In this document: in pieces, positions 44,592-54,950 of the stretch
Layout: each line of letters starts with the position of its first letter
How positions within the stretch are numbered: the stretch's first letter is position 1
DNA from: an uncultured delta proteobacterium
Lineage (GTDB): Bacteria; Myxococcota_A; Polyangia; Haliangiales; Haliangiaceae
Length of the DNA: 64,000 nt
Reading direction: 5' to 3'
NCBI GenBank assembly: GCA_963848295.1
Contig: CAWKDB010000010.1
Location: 1,376,001 to 1,440,000 of the forward strand
Position numbers and translations under genes: made by a program
The notes under the pieces: generated by a model
Seen by the model: the letters and a program-made list of their open reading frames with translations, nothing else
What the model was told of the DNA's origin: nothing
Database searches by the model: none

Positions 44592-46789
44592 ACGCGGCCG
44601 TAGAAGTCGGGGTCGGTGTCGAGCATCGAGTGGGCGAACTCGTTCGTGAAGAGCGCGCGGCGCTGGCTCTGGAACGGCGCACCCTCGATGAGCGCGAAGA
44701 GGCTGAGCTGCTGTTGCAGCGCGAGCTCGGCGATGAGGCTGGTCATGAACCGCACGTTGTTGTCGCGGTTGAAGACGTCGTCGGGCTTCTTCCAGCCGGT
44801 CAGCGCCGAGACTTGCGCCATGTCGGTCGCAGATAGGCCGCCGTCCTTGAACTCGCGGCACACCGCGAGCACGTCGGTCGCGTTCGTGACGCCGTCGAAG
44901 CCGTCGTTCTGCGCGGTCGGCATCGAGCTCTTGCCCGGGCAGTGGCGGTCGCTCCACACGTCGAGGTAAGCGCGCGCGCTGATCGTGACGTGCGACAGCG
45001 CGGTCAACGAGCCGATCAGGCCGACGTCCCAGGTCAGGCCGTCGCGGCCCGAGTTGTCGATGATCTTGCTGCCGTAGTAGAGGTTCGTGAACGCGCCGAC
45101 GGCGAAGGGATCTTGGTTGACGAACATGGCGCGCACGCCCAGGCCGAGCTCGGTGCGGGCGAGCATCGTGCGCACGCCGACATTCGCGTCGAAGCCGAAG
45201 CGATGGGCGATCCGTCCGGCGCCGACCGACACGCGGCCGTCGAAGTAGTACGGATAGCCCGCGCTGATGTCGACCGTCGAGCGGCCTCGGGGCAGCGTGC
45301 GCGCGCCGTACGAGGTCAGGCCGCGCTGCTCCTCGAGCATCTCGGCTTCGCTCGGCCCGGCGACCGCGAGCTCGCGCGATAACGTGGTCGTCTTGCCGCC
45401 CTCGATCGTCACCGTCTGTTCGAACGCTTGGTAACCGGGCAACTCGAGGCGGACGACGGTCTCGCCGGTCTCGATCTCCTGATCGATCGGGGTCTTGCCG
45501 ACCGCGACGCCGTTGACGAGCACGGTCGCCTGTGCCGGCGTAGACAGGATCCGCAACCGGCCGACCGACTTGAGCTCGGCCTGCACGGTCACGGTCTGCT
45601 GCGCCTCGACGCTGACTTTTTGCTCGAAGTCTTTGAATCCGTCGAGCCGCACCACGACCGGGTGCTCGCCGGCGGCGACCTTCTTCTCTTGCGGAACTTT
45701 GCCGACCGCGGCGCCGTCGATGAACACTTCGCCTTCGGGCACGTTCGAGACGACCTTGAGCGTGCCCATGTCGCCCGACACCTCCTGGTTGAGGTCGAAC
45801 TTCACGATCTGCGACGCGCCGGCCGCGACCGTGACGTGCTTCTCGCCGGTCGCCATGCCCGGGGCTTTCACCTGCACGATGTGATCGCCTGCTTTGACAT
45901 CCTTGATGTCGACCGGGACCGGCCCCATGTCGGTGCCGTCGATGAACGCGCGTGCGCCTTGCGCATCGGACAGCACGCGCACGACACCGACGCCCCCGTT
46001 CATCCCGCCCTGCAATTCGGCGCGAACCTTCGTCTGCTGTCCTGCGCTGACCTGCACGGTCTGCTTCCAGGGCAGCGCCGGCGCTTTGCGCACCTCGATG
46101 ACGTGGAGACCCTCGATCACGTTGTCGATCACCGCCGGCGTGTTGTCGGGATGCTTGTTGCCGTCGATGTAGACCTCGGCGTCGGGGACGTCGGCATCGA
46201 CGACGACCGTGCCGTACTTCGGCTTCGCGATCTCCTTGAGCGTCGGGATGATCGTCTCGACCTGGTTGTCGGCGAGCGTCAGCCACTGCTCCGACGGCTC
46301 GAACCCGTCTTTCTGGAGGCGCAGCTGATGGCGACCCGAGGTCGTGACGACGACGGCCGGCGCCGTGCCCTTGACCTCGCCGTCGAGCATGATCGTCGCG
46401 CCCGCGACGCCCTTCGGATCGGCGTCCGCGCGGATGTCGATCTTCGGCGGATCAGCCTTCTTGACGAGCGGCGCGAACACTTCCTGCGCCGCGCGCAGCT
46501 TCGCGACCCTGAACGACTTCGAATACGTTTCGTAGCCCGGCGCTTCGATGATGATGGTGTAGTCGCCGTTGTTGAGCTTGCCCTGCCACGGGGTCACGCC
46601 GATCGCGGGGCAGTCCTTCGTGTTGATGTAGATCGCGGCGCCTTGCGGTGCGGAGTCGATCTTCACGGAGTACCTGCCGCTCCTGGCGACCGAACAATCC
46701 GCGGCCTGCGCGACGCGCGCGCTCGCGACGAGCCCGATGACCATGACGAAGACCGCGAGCGGTCTGACGAGACGACAGATCTGCATCAT
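44570..46789 (-). CDS. PEGA-repeat protein (six repeats) with C-terminal barrel-like domain
   Basis: Signal peptide; repeats S.P.GA.V.IDG...G.TP......G.H....GY; ends GLTYKF. Confidence 0.9.
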   Translation of the reverse strand: MMQICRLVRPLAVFVMVIGLVASARVAQAADCSVARSGRYSVKIDSAPQGAAIYINTKDCPAIGVTPWQGKLNNGDYTIIIEAPGYETYSKSFRVAKLRAAQEVFAPLVKKADPPKIDIRADADPKGVAGATIMLDGEVKGTAPAVVVTTSGRHQLRLQKDGFEPSEQWLTLADNQVETIIPTLKEIAKPKYGTVVVDADVPDAEVYIDGNKHPDNTPAVIDNVIEGLHVIEVRKAPALPWKQTVQVSAGQQTKVRAELQGGMNGGVGVVRVLSDAQGARAFIDGTDMGPVPVDIKDVKAGDHIVQVKAPGMATGEKHVTVAAGASQIVKFDLNQEVSGDMGTLKVVSNVPEGEVFIDGAAVGKVPQEKKVAAGEHPVVVRLDGFKDFEQKVSVEAQQTVTVQAELKSVGRLRILSTPAQATVLVNGVAVGKTPIDQEIETGETVVRLELPGYQAFEQTVTIEGGKTTTLSRELAVAGPSEAEMLEEQRGLTSYGARTLPRGRSTVDISAGYPYYFDGRVSVGAGRIAHRFGFDANVGVRTMLARTELGLGVRAMFVNQDPFAVGAFTNLYYGSKIIDNSGRDGLTWDVGLIGSLTALSHVTISARAYLDVWSDRHCPGKSSMPTAQNDGFDGVTNATDVLAVCREFKDGGLSATDMAQVSALTGWKKPDDVFNRDNNVRFMTSLIAELALQQQLSLFALIEGAPFQSQRRALFTNEFAHSMLDTDPDFYGRVGLTYKF

Positions 46790-46818
46790 TCACCCTCGAA
46801 AGACGGAGATTAACGCTA

Positions 46819-47634
46819 TCACAACCATCCGCGCGTCACCGCCGCCAGCAGTGCTCCACCGCACGCGATCCGGTAGATCGCGAACCCCGTGAGCTGATGC
46901 GTGCCGAGCCAGCGCAGGAGCCACGCGATCGTGATGTAACCCGTGATAGCAGCGACGCCGATGCCGATGCCGAGCGCAGGCAAGGCATCGCCTCCGAGGC
47001 CGGGAATCGCTTTCCAGGCCTCCAAGATCCCGGCGCCGCCGACCGCGGGGATCGATAGCAAGAATGAAAATCGCGCGGCGTCGCTGCGCGCAAACCCGAG
47101 CAACAACGCCATGCAGATCGTCGAGCCCGAGCGCGAGACCCCCGGTAGCAGCGCGAGCGTCTGCGCGAGACCGATGAGCATGACGTCGCGCCAGCCAATC
47201 GCGGTCAACGGTCGGGCTGCGTCTCCGGTGCGCGTCCCGTAGCGATCGACGAGCGCGAGCACGATCCCGAACACGATCAGCATGGTCGCGATGAACCGGA
47301 GCGAGTCGATCGCTTCGATCCGGTGCTTGAACGCGAGCCCGAGGACCACGATCGGGACGGTCCCGGCCGCGATCATCCACAACAGCTTGCCCTCGTGCGA
47401 CGACGGGCTCTGGATCATCGCGGTCACGAGCGCGATCAGGTCGCGCGCGAAGTAGATCAGCACCGCGATCAGCGTGCCGAGCTGGATCACCGCGATGTAC
47501 GCGGTGTACGTCTCGGTCGAGACGTGTTGCCCGAACAGCGCCGGCGCGATCTTGAGATGCGCGGTCGACGAGACCGGAATGAACTCGGTCAGCCCCTGGA
47601 TCAGGCCGAGGATTGCCGCGAACCACAGCGCCAT
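46819..47634 (-). CDS. uppP: Undecaprenyl-diphosphatase
   Basis: GLIQGLTEFIPVSSTAHL, IQLGT, PGVSRSGST, ARFSFLLSIP, FAIYR. Confidence 0.96.
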   Translation of the reverse strand: MALWFAAILGLIQGLTEFIPVSSTAHLKIAPALFGQHVSTETYTAYIAVIQLGTLIAVLIYFARDLIALVTAMIQSPSSHEGKLLWMIAAGTVPIVVLGLAFKHRIEAIDSLRFIATMLIVFGIVLALVDRYGTRTGDAARPLTAIGWRDVMLIGLAQTLALLPGVSRSGSTICMALLLGFARSDAARFSFLLSIPAVGGAGILEAWKAIPGLGGDALPALGIGIGVAAITGYITIAWLLRWLGTHQLTGFAIYRIACGGALLAAVTRGWL

Positions 47635-47660
47635 CGCGAATCCACGCTAACATCAATCGT

Positions 47661-48071
47661 GTGATCAGGTCGCTGTGCTGCCTCGTGGTGTTCGCGTGCG
47701 GGTCGGCCGCGCCCACCTCGCGGCCGCCGGTGCGTCCCATGGCGCCACCGGTCGCCGCGGAGCCTCCGCCCGACGAACGCGAATGCGACGCGCTGATCGC
47801 GCACGCGATCGACCTCGGGCTCGCCGAGCAACGCGCCGCGACACCCGATCGCGCCGCGACCGATGCCGACGGCCGGAAGCTCGAGACCGAGCTGCGCGCC
47901 GAGCTGGGCCCGGCGTGCCGCGCGCTAGCTCGCACCCGCTACCGCTGCGCGATCGCGGCGGCCAGCCTAGACGAGCTCGAGCGCTGCGATCAAGACACGC
48001 GCAGCAGCTCGACCTCGAACAACAGCGTCGCGCCCGGCGGGATCAACCCACCCGCGCCGCGATCGCCGTAG
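47661..48071 (+). CDS. Hypothetical Cys-containing lipoprotein
   Basis: VFAC lipobox; EC..LI.H...C......RC...A.....L..C; last 82 nt overlap FKBP antisense. Confidence 0.65.
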   Translation: MIRSLCCLVVFACGSAAPTSRPPVRPMAPPVAAEPPPDERECDALIAHAIDLGLAEQRAATPDRAATDADGRKLETELRAELGPACRALARTRYRCAIAAASLDELERCDQDTRSSSTSNNSVAPGGINPPAPRSP

Positions 48072-48340
48072 CCGAGCGCCGCCGGGATCAGCAGCGTGCG
48101 CTTGCCGCCGATCTTCATCGACGCGACGCCCTCGTCCCAGCCCTTGATGACCCGCCCCATGCCGAGCGGGAACTCGAACGGCTTGCCGCGGTCGACCGAA
48201 CTGTCGAACTTGGCTCCTTTCGCCCCGTCGAGCCATAACCAGCCCGTGTAGTGCATCACGCACGTTTGGCCCCGGGCCGGGCTCGCCCCGGTACCGACGA
48301 CGGTATCTTCGAATTGCAGTCCGCTGGCGGTTTGTTGCAT
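47990..48340 (-). CDS. FKBP-type peptidyl-prolyl cis-trans isomerase
   Basis: HYTGWL...KFDSSVDRG.PF.F.LG...VIKGWDEG...IP..LGYG..GAGG.IPP.ATLLFEVEL. Confidence 0.96.
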   Translation of the reverse strand: MQQTASGLQFEDTVVGTGASPARGQTCVMHYTGWLWLDGAKGAKFDSSVDRGKPFEFPLGMGRVIKGWDEGVASMKIGGKRTLLIPAALGYGDRGAGGLIPPGATLLFEVELLRVS

Positions 48341-48411
48341 GCGCGGACGTTACCGCGTGGCCTACGTCGCTTTCAGCCGGGAGCAGGCCATTGTACGATT
48401 CGCCCTAGGCG

Positions 48412-51400
48412 ATGAGCGCGAAGCATTGGGTCGGGCTGCTCTTCATTGTTGCAGTTGGGGCGTGGTCGCGTGGGGCGCGAGCCGCGAACGTGATCACGAT
48501 GAACCCGGATCCGGTGGACGCCGGGTCAGTCCGGGTCGGTACGCCGAGCACGGTGTTCGGCAGTCTTACCGATTCCGGTGCCGACTCGGTCGACCTCGCG
48601 ATCGATGGCGCGTGCACGTACGCGGCGGACTTCGCGCTCGGCGCGACCACGATGACCGATCTATCGATCTCGAGCACGGCGCTACCGATCCAGGTGACGT
48701 TCACGCCGTCGACCGACGCGCTCGAGAACTGCAACGTGTTCGTCTACACGACCGGCACGATGATCGAGCTCGGCAACTTCCACGTCCAGGGGACGGGCGG
48801 CGATCCGATGATCACGGTCACCCCGGCGTCGCCCGCCAATTTCGGCAGCGTGCGCGTCGCCGGCGGCTCGAGCACGGTCACGATCGTCGTCAAGAACACC
48901 TCGGGCGACACCGGCACCGCGGCGAACCTCGTGATCCCGGTCGGCGGGCTCACGCTCGGCGGGGTGAGCCCCGGCGACTACTCGATCATGACCGCGCCGA
49001 CGCTGCCCGCGACGATCGCGCCCGGAGGGTCGGCGAACGTCGTCGTGAAGTTCGACCCGACCGCGACCGGCACGCGCACGGCGGAGCTCGACATCGCGAG
49101 CAACGACCCGACCACCGCGACGTACAAAGAGGGCCTCACCGGCGACGGCACCGCCGCGCTGATCAACGTGACCGACGTCAGCTTCGGCACGCTGCTCGGC
49201 GGCGCGACCGGCACGGGCTCGATCATGGTGCAGAACACCGCGATGATGGGCGGCACGAACCTGAACGTGACGGCGGCGGCGATCACGCAGTCGTCGACGT
49301 GGTTCTCTTTCACCGGGGCGGGCGGCTGCGCACCGGGCTCGACGGTGTGCACGTTCTCGCCGCCGACCATGATCGCATCGGGTGGCATGGCGACCGTCGG
49401 CGTCCAGTGCCATCCGCCAGCGAACGCGAACACATCGCAGACCGCGACGGTCACGTTCACGAGCGATAGCGATCCGGGCGGCAACAACGTGGCGATGCTG
49501 TCGTGCACTGGAAGCTCGCCCGACATCACGCTGACGATGCCGGCGACGACGCCGGTCAACTTCGGCACGGTGGAAGTGCGCCCGGCGAACGCCAGTGCAC
49601 CGGCCACGCTGCAGTTCACGAACACCGGCACGGCGACGCTGAACATCACGAATGTCGCGTTGCCGGCGAGCCCGGACTTCGCCGTCACGAACGGCCCGCT
49701 CGGGCCGCAGACCACGCCGGTCGCCGCGGGAGCGACCGCGAGCTGGCAGGTCGTGTGTGAACCGACGACGTTCGGGACACGGACCGGGACGTTCCAGGTC
49801 ACGAGCGATGCGCAGAACGCGAGCACGCTCAACATCGGCCTGACCTGCGTCGGCAACCAGGCGATCCTCGCGGTCTCCTCACCCGCGTTCGGCGGCGTGA
49901 ATGAAGGCGACACCTCGAACAAGACCGTCACGCTCACCAACAACGGCAACGTCCCGATCACGAACATCTCGTACATGTTCGCGAACGCGGCGCTCGGCTA
50001 CAGCGTGACCGCGCCGACGTTCCCGATCGCATCGCTGAACCCCGGCACCCCGATCAACGTGACCGTGCAATTCGCGCCCGTCGCCGGCATGGACGGCGGT
50101 CCGGACGACCTCACGTTCAGCGGCGTCTGGGGCACGGCGCCGACCGCGATCAGCCAGGCCGCGCACTGCACCGGTACCGGCTTGAAGCCGGGCTGGGACG
50201 TGTCACCGGCGACGGTCGATTACGGTGACATGCGGTGGGACGCCACCTCCCCGATGACGTTCACGATCACACTGACCGGGACGTCGCCGACGACGTTCAA
50301 CGAGATCGATGTCGCATCGAATGCCGGCACGCCCGCAGGCGAGTTCCACCCGCCGACGTTGATCAAGCACGGCGGCACGACCGTCACCTTGCCGTTCCAG
50401 CTCACGACCACGAGCGACACGCTCGTCGTCACGATCCCCGCGGGTCCAGCGACGCAGCTCGGTCCGCTCGCCGGCACGGTCACGGTCCGCAGCGACTCCG
50501 CCGCGATCCCGACGCGCAGCCTCCAGCTCACCGCGAACGCGGTTGCGCCCGAGCTCACACTCGACCCCGGCGCGACCGTGCCGTTCGGCCCGGTCGACAT
50601 CCAAGGTCCCGCGCAGCACACGACCATCACGATCACGAACGGCGGCGACGGTCCGCTCAACCTCGGCGCGGTGACCGCGGCCGGCGGCAGCGCGCGGATC
50701 ACGTTCCCGAATGGCCTGCCGACCGCGCAAGTCATCCCGGCCGGCGGCATGGTCGCGATCGCGGTGACGTATGCGCCCACGCTGGTCGCGAATGACACCA
50801 CGACGCTGGTCGCGCCGCTCACCGGCTTGTTCGGCGCCCCCCAGCCGATGAACCAGATGATCATGATCACCGGCCGCGGCATCACGCGCGCGATCCAGGT
50901 CGGCGCTACCCCGACGTTCCCGGACACGTTCCGCAACCCGGGCAGCGACGCGCCGGTCCTGCCGTTACACGTTCACAACGGTGGCGAAGCGACGCTCTCG
51001 ATCTCGACCGTGATGCTCTCGAGCTCGCCGGTGTGGACGCTCGCCGACCCGGCGCCCGTCGACATCCCCGGCGACGGCGACCACGACTTCATGATCAAGT
51101 TCGCGCCGACGATGGCGGGCAAGGCGCCCGATGGCCAGCTCACGCTCGTGGATAACGATACCGGCACGCCGATGGTCGTCGTCGATCTCAAAGGCAACGG
51201 CCTCGACCGCGCGGTCGAGCTAGGGCCGCTATCGATCAACCTCGGCTATACCGGCGTCGGGATCCCGGTCCGGCTCTCTGACCTCGCGCCCGACAACTTG
51301 CTGAACGTGACGAGCCTCGACGGCAACGACACGTTCCAGATCCGCGCGATCTCGCTCGACGGCGACGACACGAGCGTGTTCGAGGTCGAAGATTCGTCGG

Positions 51401-53397
51401 GCAATACCCCGACGAACATCGCGCTCGCGCCAAACATGACCGACTCGTTCGACGTGGTGTTCAACCCGACCGCGGTCGGCGACTACACCGCGACCGCGAC
51501 GCTGTTCCTCGACCAAGATCCAACCGGGCAGGCGCAGGTCACGATCGAAGGTCACGCGGTCTACGTCGAGGCGAACGGTGGCGGCGGCTGCAACGCCGGT
51601 AATCGCGGCGGCGGCGGTGGCGCGCTCGTCATCGTGGGCGCTGCGCTGCTCGCCAGGCGCAGGCGGCGGCGCGCGGCGGGCGTCGTGATCGCCGCCGCGG
51701 CAGCGTGCGTCGTCGGCGAGGTCGCGCATGCCGAGCCGAGCCGCAACCTCGACCTGACGATGTTCGATCCGACCCCGGCGACGACCGGCACCGGGTTCCA
51801 GCTCCAGGCCGCGACCACGGGCAGCAACGGCGACCTCGTCGCGAACGCGCTCGTGTCGTATTCGAGCGAGCCGCTCGTGCTGGCGACGGTGCAGAACAAC
51901 GACACCGCGATCAAGAACCGCACGATGCTCGAGCTCGGCGGTGCCTACGCGTTCCTCGGTCGCTTCGAAGCTGGCCTGCGCATGCCGATCTACTTGCAGA
52001 GCGGCGACGACATCGATTCGTCGATGATGTTCGGTGTTCCGGCGGCGAGCGGCGCGGCGCGCGGCGATCTGACGCTACACGGTAAGGCTCAGCTGTGGCA
52101 CGGCCCGCTCGGCGGCGACTTCGCGGTCGCGATCGGCGCTGCGCTCACGCTGCCGACCGCCTCGTCCGACGAGTTCGCCGGCGTCACGAACCCGACCGGA
52201 CGCGTGCTCGCGCTCGCGCAGCTCACGCCCGACGTGCTCGCTCATCGGCTGTCGTTCGCGGTGAACGCCGGCGCGGTGCTGCGCGCTCGCAGCGAGTTCG
52301 CGAACATCGATCAAGGCAGCGGGCTCGACTGGGGCGTCGGCGCGTCGTACCGCGTCCTCGACCCGCTAACCGCGTCGGCCGAGATGTTCGGCGAGCTCGT
52401 GCCGTCCGGAGAGCTCGCCGCCGACGGCAGCAAGCGCGCTCTCGACACGATCGAATACCTCGTCGGCGTTCACTACCAGCTCGAGCGCCGGTTCAACCTC
52501 GGCGCGGCAGTCGGTCGCGGGCTCGACTCGGGGCTCGGCGCACCCGCGTTCTTCGGCGCGGTCACGCTCGCGTTCGTGCCGATGGCTCGGACCCAGCTGC
52601 CGATCGGTACGGTCGTGCACGAGCCGCATGACAGCGACGGCGACGGCATCGACGACAGCGTCGACAAGTGCCCGAACGAGCCGGAAGACAAGGACGGCTT
52701 CCAGGATCAAGACGGCTGCCCTGATCTCGACAACGACAACGACGGCATCCCCGACGCGCAGGACAAGTGCCCGAACGAGCCGGAGGACAAAGACGGCTTC
52801 CAGGATCAGGACGGCTGCCCCGATCCCGACAACGACAACGACGGCATCCCGGACGCGAAAGACAAGTGTCCGAACGATCCCGAGGACAAAGACGGCTTCC
52901 AAGATCAGGATGGCTGCCCCGACCCGGATAACGACAACGACGGCATCCCCGACACGAAGGATCGTTGCCCGAACGAGCCCGAGACGATCAACGGCTACCA
53001 AGATGACGACGGTTGCCCCGATAAGGGCGACCCGCTGGTCATCGTCAGCGAGGATCGCATCGAGCTGCTCGAGCCGATCGAGTTCTCCGGTACGAAGATC
53101 AAGGGCTCGAGCTTCAACCTGCTCGGTCAGGTCGGCGCTCAGCTGCGCGCGCACAAAGAGATCAAGCGGCTGCGTGTCACCGTCCACGTCCAGCCGACCT
53201 CGAATCCCACACGCGATCAGGAGATCACCGACAAGCGCGCACAAGCGGTGCGCGACTGGCTCGCCCAATGGGGCATCGACGAGAAGCGGATCGAGCCGCG
53301 CGGGTTCGGCGGCACCAAGCCCCTCGTCCCGGCAGACTCGAAGGGCGCGGCGGCGATCAACGAGCGGGTCGAGCTGATCGTGCTCGTGCGCGAGTAG
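48412..53397 (+). CDS. Giant surface protein: choice-of-anchor-D/Ig-like repeats, internal MYXO-CTERM-like segment, beta-barrel, TSP3 repeats, OmpA-like domain
   Basis: Repeats .FG.V.......I.N.G...L; GGGGCNAG-hydrophobic-RRRRRR at 51577-51672; DGIPD..DKCPNEPEDKDGFQD.DGCPD repeats; C-terminal RA.AV..WL...G...GFG..KP...N.RVE. Confidence 0.9.
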   Translation: MSAKHWVGLLFIVAVGAWSRGARAANVITMNPDPVDAGSVRVGTPSTVFGSLTDSGADSVDLAIDGACTYAADFALGATTMTDLSISSTALPIQVTFTPSTDALENCNVFVYTTGTMIELGNFHVQGTGGDPMITVTPASPANFGSVRVAGGSSTVTIVVKNTSGDTGTAANLVIPVGGLTLGGVSPGDYSIMTAPTLPATIAPGGSANVVVKFDPTATGTRTAELDIASNDPTTATYKEGLTGDGTAALINVTDVSFGTLLGGATGTGSIMVQNTAMMGGTNLNVTAAAITQSSTWFSFTGAGGCAPGSTVCTFSPPTMIASGGMATVGVQCHPPANANTSQTATVTFTSDSDPGGNNVAMLSCTGSSPDITLTMPATTPVNFGTVEVRPANASAPATLQFTNTGTATLNITNVALPASPDFAVTNGPLGPQTTPVAAGATASWQVVCEPTTFGTRTGTFQVTSDAQNASTLNIGLTCVGNQAILAVSSPAFGGVNEGDTSNKTVTLTNNGNVPITNISYMFANAALGYSVTAPTFPIASLNPGTPINVTVQFAPVAGMDGGPDDLTFSGVWGTAPTAISQAAHCTGTGLKPGWDVSPATVDYGDMRWDATSPMTFTITLTGTSPTTFNEIDVASNAGTPAGEFHPPTLIKHGGTTVTLPFQLTTTSDTLVVTIPAGPATQLGPLAGTVTVRSDSAAIPTRSLQLTANAVAPELTLDPGATVPFGPVDIQGPAQHTTITITNGGDGPLNLGAVTAAGGSARITFPNGLPTAQVIPAGGMVAIAVTYAPTLVANDTTTLVAPLTGLFGAPQPMNQMIMITGRGITRAIQVGATPTFPDTFRNPGSDAPVLPLHVHNGGEATLSISTVMLSSSPVWTLADPAPVDIPGDGDHDFMIKFAPTMAGKAPDGQLTLVDNDTGTPMVVVDLKGNGLDRAVELGPLSINLGYTGVGIPVRLSDLAPDNLLNVTSLDGNDTFQIRAISLDGDDTSVFEVEDSSGNTPTNIALAPNMTDSFDVVFNPTAVGDYTATATLFLDQDPTGQAQVTIEGHAVYVEANGGGGCNAGNRGGGGGALVIVGAALLARRRRRRAAGVVIAAAAACVVGEVAHAEPSRNLDLTMFDPTPATTGTGFQLQAATTGSNGDLVANALVSYSSEPLVLATVQNNDTAIKNRTMLELGGAYAFLGRFEAGLRMPIYLQSGDDIDSSMMFGVPAASGAARGDLTLHGKAQLWHGPLGGDFAVAIGAALTLPTASSDEFAGVTNPTGRVLALAQLTPDVLAHRLSFAVNAGAVLRARSEFANIDQGSGLDWGVGASYRVLDPLTASAEMFGELVPSGELAADGSKRALDTIEYLVGVHYQLERRFNLGAAVGRGLDSGLGAPAFFGAVTLAFVPMARTQLPIGTVVHEPHDSDGDGIDDSVDKCPNEPEDKDGFQDQDGCPDLDNDNDGIPDAQDKCPNEPEDKDGFQDQDGCPDPDNDNDGIPDAKDKCPNDPEDKDGFQDQDGCPDPDNDNDGIPDTKDRCPNEPETINGYQDDDGCPDKGDPLVIVSEDRIELLEPIEFSGTKIKGSSFNLLGQVGAQLRAHKEIKRLRVTVHVQPTSNPTRDQEITDKRAQAVRDWLAQWGIDEKRIEPRGFGGTKPLVPADSKGAAAINERVELIVLVRE
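52629..53025 (+). repeat. About four tandem 99-bp thrombospondin type-3-like coding repeats
   Basis: 33-aa unit DNDNDGIPDxxDKCPNEPEDKDGFQDQDGCPDP. Confidence 0.92.
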
Positions 53398-54072
53398 CTA
53401 TTCGGCTCGGGCGAGGGCCACGCCGACGACGCTGACCGCCCCCGCGGCGCGCAGGGCCCGCGCACAGGCCGCCAGAGTAGAGCCGGTCGTCACGACGTCG
53501 TCGATCAGCACGATCGCGCGACCGCTGACGTCTCGGCGCACCGCGAACGCACCCGCGACGTTGCGCGCGCGTTGCGATGCAGGCAGCGTGCTCTGCGCCG
53601 GCGCGGCCCGGATCCGGCGCAACGCCGCGACCGGTGGCTCGAGGTTCGCGGCGGCACACGCATGGCGAGCGAGGAGCCACGCGTGGTCGTAGCCGCGCTG
53701 GAGCCGGCGCCGCCAGTGCAACGGCACGGGCACGATCAGCGCGTTCGGCTCCGCCGCCGCGGCGACGAGCGGCGCCCACAGGGGAGCGATCGTGCGCGCG
53801 ATGTGGCTCTGGCCCGTGAACTTGAGCCGGCGGATCGCGGACGCGAGCTCACCGCCGAACCGCCACGGACACGCGATGCGATCGAGCGGCCACGCCTCGT
53901 GGGCGCACCGCCGGCAGACGACCGCACGTGCGCCGGTCGGCTCCGCGCACCGCGGACATGCCGGCCCGAGCTCGACCAGGGTCGTCGCGCACGGCTCGCA
54001 CATCGGATCGCGCGACCGGGCTCCGCACGCCGCGCATTGCGGCCGATACAACCATTCGAGCAAGCTCGCCAT
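53398..54072 (-). CDS. comF: ComF family protein (double zinc ribbon plus PRTase)
   Basis: CAAC, CEPC, CPRC, CRRC; VPVPLH..R...RGY; LIDDVVTTGST. Confidence 0.92.
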   Translation of the reverse strand: MASLLEWLYRPQCAACGARSRDPMCEPCATTLVELGPACPRCAEPTGARAVVCRRCAHEAWPLDRIACPWRFGGELASAIRRLKFTGQSHIARTIAPLWAPLVAAAAEPNALIVPVPLHWRRRLQRGYDHAWLLARHACAAANLEPPVAALRRIRAAPAQSTLPASQRARNVAGAFAVRRDVSGRAIVLIDDVVTTGSTLAACARALRAAGAVSVVGVALARAE

Positions 54073-54125
54073 GCCCAGCGTATCGGCCGGCGTCGCGCCG
54101 GGTTGCGTGATAAGGAACGAGTCGC

Positions 54126-54941
54126 GTGATCGACCGCTGTTACGTCTACGAACCCGGCTTCATCGACGACGCGGCCAACGCCGAAATCGAGGCTTGGCTC
54201 GCGACGCTGCGGCCGCTGTGGGAGATGCGCTATTCGACGAAACGCCCGCCGCCGTCCGGCAAGGCTCAGCGGCCGTTGCTCCGGCCGGTGTACTGGCTCG
54301 GCAACTGGCAGTTCGCTTGCCTCGGCTACTACGAGCCGCCGAAGCGGATCCGCGGCGTCGCGGTGCAGGCCGAGGCGTTCCCGCCGGTGCTCGCGCGGCT
54401 GGTCGCGGCGATCGAACGCCGCGTACGCGCTGGCTTTCCCCGCAACGTCGTGCCGCAGCGCTGGCACCTCAACACGTGCCTCGTGAACTTCTACGGCGAC
54501 AAGCTCGAGAACGGCAAGGAGATCGATGCCGCGCGCGTCGGCGAGCACCGCGACTTCGAGCCCGGGCCGGTCGCGTCGCTGTCGCTCGGCGAGCGCGCGC
54601 GGTTTCAGTTCGTCCGGCGCGGCGCACGCGATGCACCGCCGGTGCGCACCGAATGGCTCGAGGATCGCTCGTTGCAGATCTTCGCCGGCCCGCGCTGGAA
54701 GGACGACCTGTTGCATCGCGTCCAGCGCGTCGACGACAAGCGCGCGCTCGATCTGCCGCCGAACATCGCCGGCTTTCGCACGCGGCGCGTGAACTTCACG
54801 TTTCGCTACGTGCCCGACGACCACGTCATCCCGTTCGCGCAGCTGCCGCCGCCGGCGCGCGACGACGTTCGCGACTACGTCGCGGAGCTCGCAACGGCCT
54901 CGGCATTCTTTGCCAGCGCGCTGTCGTCAGAAAAGCGATAA
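54126..54941 (+). CDS. AlkB-family 2OG-Fe(II) dioxygenase
   Basis: NTCLVNFY, HRD, VASLSLG..A.F.F, H.V, RVNFTFR. Confidence 0.9.
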   Translation: MIDRCYVYEPGFIDDAANAEIEAWLATLRPLWEMRYSTKRPPPSGKAQRPLLRPVYWLGNWQFACLGYYEPPKRIRGVAVQAEAFPPVLARLVAAIERRVRAGFPRNVVPQRWHLNTCLVNFYGDKLENGKEIDAARVGEHRDFEPGPVASLSLGERARFQFVRRGARDAPPVRTEWLEDRSLQIFAGPRWKDDLLHRVQRVDDKRALDLPPNIAGFRTRRVNFTFRYVPDDHVIPFAQLPPPARDDVRDYVAELATASAFFASALSSEKR

Positions 54942-54950
54942 CAAGAAACT

